DNA of 56,187 nucleotides from Candidatus Methylomirabilia bacterium (GTDB lineage Bacteria; Methylomirabilota; Methylomirabilia; Rokubacteriales; CSP1-6): the NCBI GenBank assembly GCA_041497895.1, contig JBGQHJ010000012.1:1-56187 (forward strand). The letters run 5' to 3'. The first letter of the stretch is position 1; each line of letters starts with the position of its first letter. The notes under the pieces were generated by a model. The model did not search any database, was not told where the DNA came from, and saw only the letters and a list, made by a program, of their open reading frames with translations. Shown piece after piece: positions 39,065-47,497 of this stretch. The position numbers and the translations under genes are program-made.

Positions 39065-40014
39065 CGCGTCTCCTCCCGTGGTCGGCGTTCCCTCACCAGC
39101 ACGAGACCTACCACGAACAGGGCCGCCCCCGCCACCGCCGGGGCCAGGTGCAGGACGTCGGTGTAGCCCACCACGACGTGCACCCCGATCGCGGCTCCGA
39201 AGCCGGCCAGGCCCGCCAGGGCCAGCGCCTGCCGCAGGCTCCGCGACGGCCGCGCGAAGAGCGCGCACGCGGTGACGATGCTGCCGCAGCAGAAGAGCCC
39301 GCCGCCGAAGCCGGCGCGATCGTGCGCGATGAGCGGGACGAGGCGGGGGTTGATCGCGTGCAGGTCCGCGACGGTCAGGCCCATGAAGGCGAGATCCTGG
39401 GGGACGAACACCCGGGTCATGCCGACGACCAGGATCATCGCGCCCGCGAGCAGCATCCCGAGGCCGGTGGCCACGAGCGCGGCCTGCCCGACGCGCCCGC
39501 GACGGTCCGTGGCCCGGAAGACCGCGCCGGCGGAGCCGACCGGCCGGCCCCGCACGAGGGCGCGCGAGCGGATCACCCCGGCCGCGAACAGCGGGACCAG
39601 GAAGGCGGACCCGACCCCGTGCCAGCGGTCCAGATATCCGTAGCCGAGATAGGAGAGGAAGCTCAGGAACCCCACCGCGCCGCTCACCAGGATGGTCCAC
39701 CACGCCCACGCCGCCCCGGCCGCGAGGGGCACCGTGGACAGCCACAGGTAGAGCACCGCGATGGCGATCAGCACCCCGCCGAAGGCCACGCGATCGTGGA
39801 ACATGAAGGCCACCACGCGGCAGTTCCCGACCGCGCAGAGCTGGTCGGACGTCAGGCCGAGGAACGCCACGTCGTGGGGCAGGAACTCGCGCCGGATCGA
39901 CAGGAAGAGCGCGAAGCCCCCCGAGAAGAGCAGGGCGAGCGCGGTGCACTGCAGGAGCGGCCGGCCGTCGGCCGCGATCAGCTCGAACAGCCCCGCGTCG
40001 TCCGGCTGGCTCAC
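39052..40014 (-). CDS. Polytopic membrane protein with duplicated HDRxxFGG repeat, function unknown
   Basis: About 8 hydrophobic segments; two homologous halves (HDRVAFGG and HDRAGFGG). Confidence 0.8.
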   Translation of the reverse strand: MSQPDDAGLFELIAADGRPLLQCTALALLFSGGFALFLSIRREFLPHDVAFLGLTSDQLCAVGNCRVVAFMFHDRVAFGGVLIAIAVLYLWLSTVPLAAGAAWAWWTILVSGAVGFLSFLSYLGYGYLDRWHGVGSAFLVPLFAAGVIRSRALVRGRPVGSAGAVFRATDRRGRVGQAALVATGLGMLLAGAMILVVGMTRVFVPQDLAFMGLTVADLHAINPRLVPLIAHDRAGFGGGLFCCGSIVTACALFARPSRSLRQALALAGLAGFGAAIGVHVVVGYTDVLHLAPAVAGAALFVVGLVLVRERRPREETRWHR

Positions 40015-40742
40015 GGCACGCGCAGGAGCTTCCGGAACTCTTCCAGCTCGGCCCGCGGCACGTCGGGGCGCTCGCGGAGACGCGCGTAGACGTCGGCCGG
40101 GTTGTCCTCGATCGCCCGGCTCACCCGCGCGAACACCTTCAGGAGCTGGCGCGCCTCGCGATCGGCCTTCTTCTGCACGAGGGGCCCGCCCATCCGGCCG
40201 ATGGTGCGCACCACCGTGCTGTCGATCTGCACGAACGAGGTCAGCGTGGTGGACACCTGCTGCCGGCCCGCCGCGGCGGGCTCGAACTTGTAGGCGAGCG
40301 CCACCACCGCCCGGCCCTTGATGTCGGGCAGCGCGGACTGGTACGCCCCCTGCGCGTGCATGAGGCGCAGGCCCGGCTCGGCGTACACGATCGCGAACGT
40401 GCCGCGGACGCCCCAGCCGTCGTCGAGCCAGAGCGCGTCGCCCTCGCGCCAGATCCGGTAGCGGGCGGCGCGGAGGGCCCGGGTCACGTGGCTCGCGAAC
40501 TCGGGGTGGTCCAGGAGGTACTCGAAGATCTCGGGCCGGACCGGGTACGCCTCGAAGGTCATCTGGGTCGAGGCGAAGGCGCGCTTGACGATCTCCTCGA
40601 GGCGATGACGCTCCTTGGCCGGGACCTGCGGAGGCAGCGGCAGCGCGGGCTCCGCCGCGAGCGAGCGGGTCACGCCGGACGGCAGGCCCGACAAGACGCC
40701 GAGCCCCAGCAGACCTACGAGCGCGAAATGCCGGGCTCGCAC
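40011..40742 (-). CDS. Exported hypothetical protein
   Basis: Signal-peptide-like N-terminus from GTG 40742, which avoids overlap with ggt; good codon bias; no family recognised. Confidence 0.72.
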   Translation of the reverse strand: MRARHFALVGLLGLGVLSGLPSGVTRSLAAEPALPLPPQVPAKERHRLEEIVKRAFASTQMTFEAYPVRPEIFEYLLDHPEFASHVTRALRAARYRIWREGDALWLDDGWGVRGTFAIVYAEPGLRLMHAQGAYQSALPDIKGRAVVALAYKFEPAAAGRQQVSTTLTSFVQIDSTVVRTIGRMGGPLVQKKADREARQLLKVFARVSRAIEDNPADVYARLRERPDVPRAELEEFRKLLRVP

Positions 40743-40761
40743 CAGGCGCGGAGTCGCGCCG

Positions 40762-42531
40762 CTACCACCCGATGGCGTGGGCGCCGCGGCGCGGGTCGGC
40801 CCCACCGAGCCGCACCCCGTCCTTGCCGACCACCGAGGCGCAGACCGCGCCGGCCCGCCAGTCGTAGTCGGGCCAGTCGGCGATGACGTGCCCGAGGCTC
40901 GCCAGGGCCGCGCGCGTCTCGGGAGCGATGCGGGCCTCGACGTCGAGCCGCCCGGGGGAATTGGCGTGCGGCCAGAAGGAATCGGGGAAGGAGCGCGTGG
41001 CCACCCGCGGCGCCTCCACCGCCTGCTGCGGGGCCATGCCGTGGGCGGTCATGTTCAGCAGCACCTGGAGCATGGCCTGCTGCTGCACGTCGCCGCCGGG
41101 CGTGCCGAAGGCCATGAAGGCGCGGCCGTCGCGCAGCACCAGCGAGGGCGCCGGGGTGAGGCGCGGCCGCTTGCCGCCCGCCACCTCGCTCGGATGCCCG
41201 GGCACGAGCCAGCCCTGGGAGCCCCGCGGCGAGACCACGCAGCCCACGCCCGGGATGACCGGGGAGTCGACTCCGCCCGGGTCGCTGGGGGTGGCCGAGA
41301 ACGCGTTGCCCTCCGCGTCGATCACCGAGACGTAGGAGGTGTCGAGCGTGCCCGCGTGCGAGGGCGCGCCGGTCTTCGACGCGGCGCCGTGGCCGTTGCG
41401 GACCGCGGCCTTGCCCTCCGGATCGCCCGGCGGCGGCATCTCGGGCCACGCGCGGTCCTCCCGGATCAGCCCGCGGCGCAGCTCGGCGTAGCCCTTGGAG
41501 AGTAGCGCCGCCGCCGGCACCTTCACGAACCGGGGATCGCCGTAGTACGCCTCGCGGTCCGCGAAGGCGAGCTTCATCGCCTCCACCATGATGTGGAGGC
41601 CGCGCGGGCTGTTGTGGCCCAGCGCGGGCCAGTCGTAGGCCTCGATCAGGTTCAGCATCTGGAGGAAGACCGGCCCCTGGCACCAGAAGCCGCACGACGC
41701 CACCTCGTAGTCGTGGAAGGTGGTCCGCAGCGCGGGCGCGACCTCGGCCTGGAACTCGGCGAGGTCTTCCCGGGTGAGGAGGCCGCCCTCGCGCGCATGG
41801 TAGTCCGCGATGCGCCCGGCGATGTCGCCCTTGTAGAACGCGTCGCGGGCGGCGCGGATGGCCCCGGCGCGGCCGCGGCTCCGGGCGCGCAGCTCGGCCG
41901 CCACCATCTCCTTGATCGTCGCGGCCAGCTCGGACTGCACGAACAGCTGGCCGGCCGCGTGCGGCTTGCCGCCGGGCAGGAAGATCGCGGCCGAGGTCGG
42001 GAAGCGCTGGTAGCGCTCCGCGTTGCTGGCCATGATCGAGGCCGAGAACGCCGAGGTCGGGAACCCGTGCTCCGCGCACTCGAGCGCGGCGGAGACCGCG
42101 TCCGTGAACGTGAGCGTGCCCCAGCGCTCCAGCGCCACGCACCACGAGTCGGGCGAGGACGGCACGACCGTCCGCAGCAGGCCGATCGGGATGTCGCCCC
42201 CGTGCCGGGTGCGGAAGTACTCGGCGCTCGCGCGGCGCGGGTACGGCCCGACCCCCGAGACCTCGTAGGTCTCGCCGGTCGAGGCCAGGTGGACCAGGAT
42301 CGGCGCGACGCCCGCGAAGCTCACCATGTCCGGGTGGACGACCCCCAGCATGAAGCCCGCGGCCACGCCCGCGTCGATGGCGTTGCCGCCCGCGGCCAGC
42401 ACGCGCGCGGCCGCCTGCGCCGCGAGCGGATGCCCCGCCGCCACCATCCATTGCCGTCCCATCACCTGCGTCATCGGGCCCGAGCCCGCATGCTGCGCGC
42501 TGCGCTGGTATTGCGCGGAATCGAGGGTCAT
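40762..42531 (-). CDS. ggt: Gamma-glutamyltransferase family protein
   Basis: GGNAIDA, KLAFADR, nucleophile Thr in DTSYVSVID, PRLTPAP, GTPGGD, GADPRR. Confidence 0.93.
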   Translation of the reverse strand: MTLDSAQYQRSAQHAGSGPMTQVMGRQWMVAAGHPLAAQAAARVLAAGGNAIDAGVAAGFMLGVVHPDMVSFAGVAPILVHLASTGETYEVSGVGPYPRRASAEYFRTRHGGDIPIGLLRTVVPSSPDSWCVALERWGTLTFTDAVSAALECAEHGFPTSAFSASIMASNAERYQRFPTSAAIFLPGGKPHAAGQLFVQSELAATIKEMVAAELRARSRGRAGAIRAARDAFYKGDIAGRIADYHAREGGLLTREDLAEFQAEVAPALRTTFHDYEVASCGFWCQGPVFLQMLNLIEAYDWPALGHNSPRGLHIMVEAMKLAFADREAYYGDPRFVKVPAAALLSKGYAELRRGLIREDRAWPEMPPPGDPEGKAAVRNGHGAASKTGAPSHAGTLDTSYVSVIDAEGNAFSATPSDPGGVDSPVIPGVGCVVSPRGSQGWLVPGHPSEVAGGKRPRLTPAPSLVLRDGRAFMAFGTPGGDVQQQAMLQVLLNMTAHGMAPQQAVEAPRVATRSFPDSFWPHANSPGRLDVEARIAPETRAALASLGHVIADWPDYDWRAGAVCASVVGKDGVRLGGADPRRGAHAIGW

Positions 42532-42554
42532 GGGCGGTATGGTAGCATGGCCGC
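42532..42554. promoter_or_regulatory. Two overlapping divergent extended -10 leaderless promoters
   Basis: Plus strand TG-g-TAGCAT-6 nt-ATG(42555); minus strand TG-c-TACCAT-7 nt-ATG(42531). Confidence 0.65.
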
Positions 42555-43280
42555 ATGAGTTGTCGCGCGCCCCTGATCGGCGTCAGCACGTCCATCACGG
42601 TGGGCACCCACCCCGAGCGTGCGTACGTGAACTCGACCTACCTGCACGCGGTGCAGCAGGCCGGCGGCGTGCCGGTGGCCCTGCCGCCCCAGCTCTCGCC
42701 CGCGTCGATGCGCCAGCTCGCCGCCGAGCTCGGCGGGCTGCTGCTGACCGGCGGCGGTGACATCGATCCCGCGCGGTTCGGCGAGGCGCCGCACGCCACG
42801 CTCTACGACGTGGCCCCCTCGCGCGACAGCCTCGAGACCGCGGTCCTGCACGTGGCGCTCGAGCGCGGCCTTCCCGTCCTCGCGGTGTGTCGCGGCCTCC
42901 AGGTGCTGAACGTGGCCCTCGGCGGCAGCCTCCACCAGGACGTGGGCACCGATCCCGGGACCCAGATCCCGCACAGCCAGAAGGAGCCGCGGGACCAGCC
43001 CACCCACAAGGTGAAGGTGACACCGGGCAGCCGGCTCGCCGAGACGCTCGGCACCGACGAGGTCGAGGTCAACAGCATGCACCACCAGGCGATCAAGGGC
43101 CTGGGCCGCGGGCTGACCGCGGTGGCGTGGGCGCCCGATCAGATCGTCGAGGGCGCGGAGCTCGGCGACGCCGGGCGCTTCGTGCTCGGCGTGCAGTGGC
43201 ATCCGGAGGAGCTGGTGGGCCACTCGGAGCCGGCCCGGCGTCTCTTCGCCGCCCTCGTGGCCGCGGCCCGCAAATCCTGA
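42555..43280 (+). CDS. Gamma-glutamyl-gamma-aminobutyrate hydrolase family (peptidase C26, PuuD-like)
   Basis: LLLTGGGDIDP, VCRGLQ (catalytic Cys), VNSMHHQ, GVQWHPE. Confidence 0.92.
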   Translation: MSCRAPLIGVSTSITVGTHPERAYVNSTYLHAVQQAGGVPVALPPQLSPASMRQLAAELGGLLLTGGGDIDPARFGEAPHATLYDVAPSRDSLETAVLHVALERGLPVLAVCRGLQVLNVALGGSLHQDVGTDPGTQIPHSQKEPRDQPTHKVKVTPGSRLAETLGTDEVEVNSMHHQAIKGLGRGLTAVAWAPDQIVEGAELGDAGRFVLGVQWHPEELVGHSEPARRLFAALVAAARKS

Positions 43281-44755
43281 CCCCGCCCGACGAGGGGGCC
43301 GACCACCCGCCGACTCCCGACGCTCCGGCGGTATTCCCCGACGCTCCGGTAGCGCTCGCCGACACGCCGACTCCGACCCGCTACTTCTCCCCGCTGGCCA
43401 CCGCGATCTACGCCGTGCTCACCGCGGGGCTGGTCGCGTTCTTCTACCTCAGCTGGGGATCGCCGCTGGGCAACCTGGAGCACGCCGAGGAATCGCTCGA
43501 GCGCCTGGTCTCGCGTGAGATGGACCTCCGCCAGGCCTTCGAGCACGCCCCGCGCTGGGAGCGGCGCCTCTACGAACTGACCGGCTCGGATCCCGAGAGC
43601 TTCGACGACGCCATCGTCCGCTACGACGAGTTCGACGAAGATCAGCGGTCCGCGCGCTCGGACCTGGACCTCGCGGTGCTGCTGGGCGAGTCCGGGCTGC
43701 TCGAGCGGGCGGGCGACCTCATCGAGGCGCTCGACGGCATGGAGGGCGCCGGCGCCAAGTACGGCCGCTGGCTCGAGGCGGCCTATCTCGACGCCCCCTC
43801 GGCCGAGGAGGCGACCGCGCTCGTCGAGGAGATCCGGCGCGATCTGCCGGGCGACTGGTTCACCGACACCCTGGTGCGCCGCATCGCGACCCGGGTGGAC
43901 GACCAGCCGCTGCAGTCGCAGGCCGAGGCCGCCATCGACGAGCGCGGCCGCTCGCTCCTGACGCGCGTGCGCGTGCTCACCGGCACCGGCGCCACGCTGC
44001 TGGCGCTGAGCGTGGCGGTGGCGTGGCACCTGCGCCGGTCCCGGCGCGATCCGCGAGTGGCCGACGCGCCGCTGCCGCCGCCCTGGCGGGGCCTGGACGG
44101 CGCCGGCCTCTTCTTCCGGGCCGCCTTCGCCTACTTGCTGATCCCGGCCGCGGTCGTGCTGCTGCTGCCCCGCATGCCCCCGGTCACCGCGGTCATGGGG
44201 CTGGTCGGCGGCCTGCCGACCCTCTGGTGGGCGCGGCGCTATCTCCACGCGCGGGGCCGGACGCTGCGCGAGACCTTCGGTCTCAGGCCGCGGGCCGGCC
44301 GGCTCGCGCGCCTGCTCGGGTGGGGCCTCGTGCTCCTCGCCGTCTCGATGGTGGGCGAGAGCCTGCTCTACGCCGGCCTGAGCGCGCTCGGGGTCAGCTC
44401 GCACTGGGCCGACGGCTTCCTGGAGGAATTCCTCTGGGGCTCCCCCACCGCGGTCGCCGCGGGCACCCTCGACGGCGTGGTGTGGGCCCCCATCTTCGAG
44501 GAGCTGGCCTTCCGCGGCCTCCTCTACCCCACCCTGCGCCTGCGCCTGCCCGCGTGGCTCGCCGCGCTCCTGAGCGCCGCCATCTTCGCCGGCGCCCACG
44601 GCTACGGCGTCCAGGGCTTCGCGGCGGTCACCTGGAGCGGCATGGTTTGGGCGCTCGGCTACGAGCGCACCCGCAGCCTGCTGCCCGGCATGCTGGCCCA
44701 CGCCGCCAGCAACCTGCTCGCGACCTCGAGCTTCCTCGTGCTCCTGCGCTTCTAG
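43277..44755 (+). CDS. CPBP (CAAX/Abi) family intramembrane metalloprotease with N-terminal soluble domain; start uncertain (possible CTG)
   Basis: C-terminal EELAFRG, FAGAH and HAASN motifs. In-frame CTG overlaps the upstream TGA; first GTG is only at 43415, inside the first TM. Confidence 0.82.
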   Translation: MTPPDEGADHPPTPDAPAVFPDAPVALADTPTPTRYFSPLATAIYAVLTAGLVAFFYLSWGSPLGNLEHAEESLERLVSREMDLRQAFEHAPRWERRLYELTGSDPESFDDAIVRYDEFDEDQRSARSDLDLAVLLGESGLLERAGDLIEALDGMEGAGAKYGRWLEAAYLDAPSAEEATALVEEIRRDLPGDWFTDTLVRRIATRVDDQPLQSQAEAAIDERGRSLLTRVRVLTGTGATLLALSVAVAWHLRRSRRDPRVADAPLPPPWRGLDGAGLFFRAAFAYLLIPAAVVLLLPRMPPVTAVMGLVGGLPTLWWARRYLHARGRTLRETFGLRPRAGRLARLLGWGLVLLAVSMVGESLLYAGLSALGVSSHWADGFLEEFLWGSPTAVAAGTLDGVVWAPIFEELAFRGLLYPTLRLRLPAWLAALLSAAIFAGAHGYGVQGFAAVTWSGMVWALGYERTRSLLPGMLAHAASNLLATSSFLVLLRF

Positions 44756-44772
44756 CGTCGCCCCGCGCCGCC

Positions 44773-45702
44773 TCAGGCGAGCGGGGTGTCGACCACGGCC
44801 AGGCGGTCGCGCCCGGGCGCGTAGCGGACCTCGCGCACGCCCAGCATCCCACGCAGCTCCTCCACCGGCACCTTGACCGGGCCCGGCCCGGGCCCCACGC
44901 CCGGCGCCGGCTGCGGGAAGGCGGTCGACCGCGCGGTGTGGAACGTGACGTTGCCCTCCACCTTCTGCATGATCTGGTGGATGTGGCCGTTGAGCACGGT
45001 CACCGAGCCGAACCGCTTGAGGTAGGCGAGGGCCTGCGCCCCGTCGTCGGTGACCCAGCCCCACTGCGGGTACACCGCCCAGAGTGGCACGTGGGCGTAG
45101 ACCACGACCGGGGTGCTCGCGGCGAGCGGAGCCACGTCGCGCTCGAGCCACTCGAGCTGCTCGTGACCCAGGCTGCCGAGCTTGCCCGCCTTGAAGTTGA
45201 GCACGTTCACGAGCCCCACGAAGTGCACCCCGCGGTAGTCGAAGCTCTGCCAGCCGCGACCCGACCCGCCCGCCGCGAAGCGATTCAGGTACTCGGTGCC
45301 GCCGTCGGCGAACACGTCGTTCTCGCCCGGCACGTAGAACGTGCGCTCGGCGCCCACGCCCTTGAGCGCCTCGCTCACCGTGTCGAACGCGCCCGCCTTC
45401 TGCGCGTGGGTGATGTCGCCGGTGTGGATCACGAAGGCCGGCTTGGGGTCGAGCGCCTTGATGCGCGCGAGGGCGGCCTCGAAGGTGCCCATCGCGTCCG
45501 GGTTCGCCGCGCCCTTGAACCCGATGTGGGTATCGCTGATCTGGACGAAGCTCCAGCCCTCCGCCCCCTGGGCCTGGGCGCGGCCCGGCCCGAGCGTGCG
45601 GGAGCCGGGCACGCCGCCCACGACCGACCAGACGAGCCCGGTGCCGGTCCACGCCATGCACTGCAGGAAGCCACGTCGATCCAGCCCGCGCTCGTCGCTC
45701 AT
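44773..45702 (-). CDS. Calcineurin-like metallophosphoesterase, Tat-exported
   Basis: DRRGFL Tat motif; SDTH, TGD, PGEND, AHVP, GHIH. Confidence 0.92.
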   Translation of the reverse strand: MSDERGLDRRGFLQCMAWTGTGLVWSVVGGVPGSRTLGPGRAQAQGAEGWSFVQISDTHIGFKGAANPDAMGTFEAALARIKALDPKPAFVIHTGDITHAQKAGAFDTVSEALKGVGAERTFYVPGENDVFADGGTEYLNRFAAGGSGRGWQSFDYRGVHFVGLVNVLNFKAGKLGSLGHEQLEWLERDVAPLAASTPVVVYAHVPLWAVYPQWGWVTDDGAQALAYLKRFGSVTVLNGHIHQIMQKVEGNVTFHTARSTAFPQPAPGVGPGPGPVKVPVEELRGMLGVREVRYAPGRDRLAVVDTPLA

Positions 45703-46031
45703 GAGCCACTCCTCTCCGGCGTCACGACCACCTTGCCGGTCATCAGGGGGTGCAGGGTGCAGTAGTACTCGTAGGTGCCGGGCTTCGTGAAGGTGTAGGA
45801 GAACGTCTCGTCCGGGTCCAGCCCGGGAGACCGGAACGTGTCGACGGTCGACGTCACGGTGTGGGTATCGTCGTCGTGGTTGACCCAGGTGACGGTGGTC
45901 CCGGGCTTGACGGTCACGGTCGGCGCGTTGAATCCCTGGTCCCGGATCTCGACCTGCGTGCTCTCCGTCTGGGCCGGCGCCGCGGCCGGCCCCGCCAGCA
46001 GCAGCGCCGCCATCGCAAGCAGTGCTCTCAT
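45699..46031 (-). CDS. Cupredoxin (amicyanin/plastocyanin-like) blue copper protein
   Basis: Signal peptide; type-1 Cu ligands H (DTHTV) and C-x2-H-x2-M (YYCTLHPLM); GAGG RBS. Confidence 0.9.
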   Translation of the reverse strand: MRALLAMAALLLAGPAAAPAQTESTQVEIRDQGFNAPTVTVKPGTTVTWVNHDDDTHTVTSTVDTFRSPGLDPDETFSYTFTKPGTYEYYCTLHPLMTGKVVVTPERSGS

Positions 46032-46054
46032 GATCGATCCCTCCTCGCCGCTGC

Positions 46055-46108
46055 CAACGCGGCCCCGGGCGATTCGTTCCATGGAACGAATCGGGGCCCC
46101 GGGCGTTG
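46055..46108. promoter_or_regulatory. Back-to-back ECF promoters GGAAC-N16-CGTTG on both strands
   Basis: 24-bp perfect palindrome cgattcgttccatggaacgaatcg (46070-46093). Plus strand GGAAC 46083/CGTTG 46104; minus strand GGAAC 46080/CGTTG 46059. Confidence 0.75.
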
Positions 46109-46166
46109 CGGTGGGCGGAGCGGACATCGATGGCGGAATGACGTGATCGGAGCCTATGATCTCGGC

Positions 46167-46709
46167 ATGGCGGGCGAGAGGCGGGCCGACGCCGCGGCGC
46201 TCGGGCGCGAGGCCCTGGCGTACGCGGACACGCTCTACAACCTCGCCCGCTATCTCACCCGGAGCCCGACCGACGCGGAGGATCTCGTGCAGGAGACCTA
46301 CGCCCGGGCGCTCTCGGCCGTGCACCAGTTCACCCCGGGAACCAATCTCAAGGCGTGGCTCTTCCGCATCCTGCGCAACACCTTCCTCAGCCAGTACCGT
46401 CACGAGCGCCATAATCCCACCGTGGGCGGGCTCGACACGGTGGTCGCGGTCACTCCGGGCGCGGAGCCGGCCCAGTGGCTCCTCGGCGACCTCGAGCTCG
46501 ACCGGCTGCGCAAGGTGGTCGGCGAGGAGATCGAGCGGGCCCTCGCGAGCCTGTCCGAGGAGGCGCGCACCGTGATCCTGCTTGACCTCGAGGGATTGAC
46601 CGAGGTCGAGGTGGCGCAGGTCGTCGGGTGCGCGGTCGGGACCGTGAAGTCCCGGCTCTCCCGGGCGCGCGCGGCCCTGCGCGAGAGGCTCCGGGACTAC
46701 GCGCGATGA
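46167..46709 (+). CDS. ECF RNA polymerase sigma factor
   Basis: [19 protein letters not shown] (region 2), [11 protein letters not shown] (region 4); 180 aa. Confidence 0.93.
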   Translation: MAGERRADAAALGREALAYADTLYNLARYLTRSPTDAEDLVQETYARALSAVHQFTPGTNLKAWLFRILRNTFLSQYRHERHNPTVGGLDTVVAVTPGAEPAQWLLGDLELDRLRKVVGEEIERALASLSEEARTVILLDLEGLTEVEVAQVVGCAVGTVKSRLSRARAALRERLRDYAR

Positions 46710-47497
46710 CCTGCGACGAGGCGCGCGAGCTCCTGCTGGACGCCCAGCGCGGCCGCCTGCCCGCCGATCGGCGCGGCGCGCTCGAGAGCCACCTGGCCTC
46801 GTGCGAGGCCTGCGCCCACGAGGCGGCGGCCGAGTCGCTCCTGAGCGAGGCCCTCGAGAGCCGCCTGCCCCAGCACGCGGCCCCGCTGGCGCTGAAGCGC
46901 CGGCTCGCCGCGGCGTGGCCCGACGGGCCCGCCGCGGAGCCGGCGCCCCGGTGGTGGGCGAGCTGGCGCCGCGCCCTGGTGCCCGCGCTCGCGGTCGGCG
47001 TGCTGCTGCTGGCCGCGCTACCACTCTACTACCCGCGATCGGATGGCCCCGGCGCGCCGATGGTGACCGAGGCGGTCAACGATCACCTGCGCCTGCTCTC
47101 GAGCCAGCACCCGCTCGACATCGAGAGCGGCGGCATGCACCAGGTCAAGCCCTGGTTCGAGGGACGGCTCGACTTCGCGCCGGTGGTCCGCTTCCTGGGC
47201 GACGACGACTTCCCGCTGCGGGGCGGCGCGGTCGGCTACTACCTCGACCGCAAGGCCGCGGTGTTCGTGTTCCACCGCCGCCTGCACGTGGTGACGCTCC
47301 TGGTCTTCCGGGCCGACGGGCTGCCGTGGCCGAGCCGGGGGCTCGAGCGCATCGGGGGCGCGACCGCGCAGGTCACGACGTCCAGAGGGTTCAACGCGAT
47401 CCTGTGGCGGGAGGGCGAGCTCGGCTACTCGCTCGTGTCCGACGTCGACCTGCCGGATCTCGTGCGGCTGGTCGGAAAGCTCGCCGCCACTTCCTGA
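46706..47497 (+). CDS. Transmembrane zinc-binding anti-sigma factor
   Basis: HLASCEAC (HxxxCxxC), one TM, extracytoplasmic [19 protein letters not shown] overlap with the sigma gene. Confidence 0.9.
   Translation: MTCDEARELLLDAQRGRLPADRRGALESHLASCEACAHEAAAESLLSEALESRLPQHAAPLALKRRLAAAWPDGPAAEPAPRWWASWRRALVPALAVGVLLLAALPLYYPRSDGPGAPMVTEAVNDHLRLLSSQHPLDIESGGMHQVKPWFEGRLDFAPVVRFLGDDDFPLRGGAVGYYLDRKAAVFVFHRRLHVVTLLVFRADGLPWPSRGLERIGGATAQVTTSRGFNAILWREGELGYSLVSDVDLPDLVRLVGKLAATS

Noticed and set aside
43277..44755. Abi (abortive infection) defence system
   Set aside because: CPBP/'Abi' is a membrane protease family name; there is no defence-island context.
47425..47497. 73-nt convergent overlap of the amidohydrolase and anti-sigma 3' ends
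   Set aside because: Most simply explained by stop-codon drift in GC-rich DNA; the overlapping tail lies beyond the conserved amidohydrolase end.
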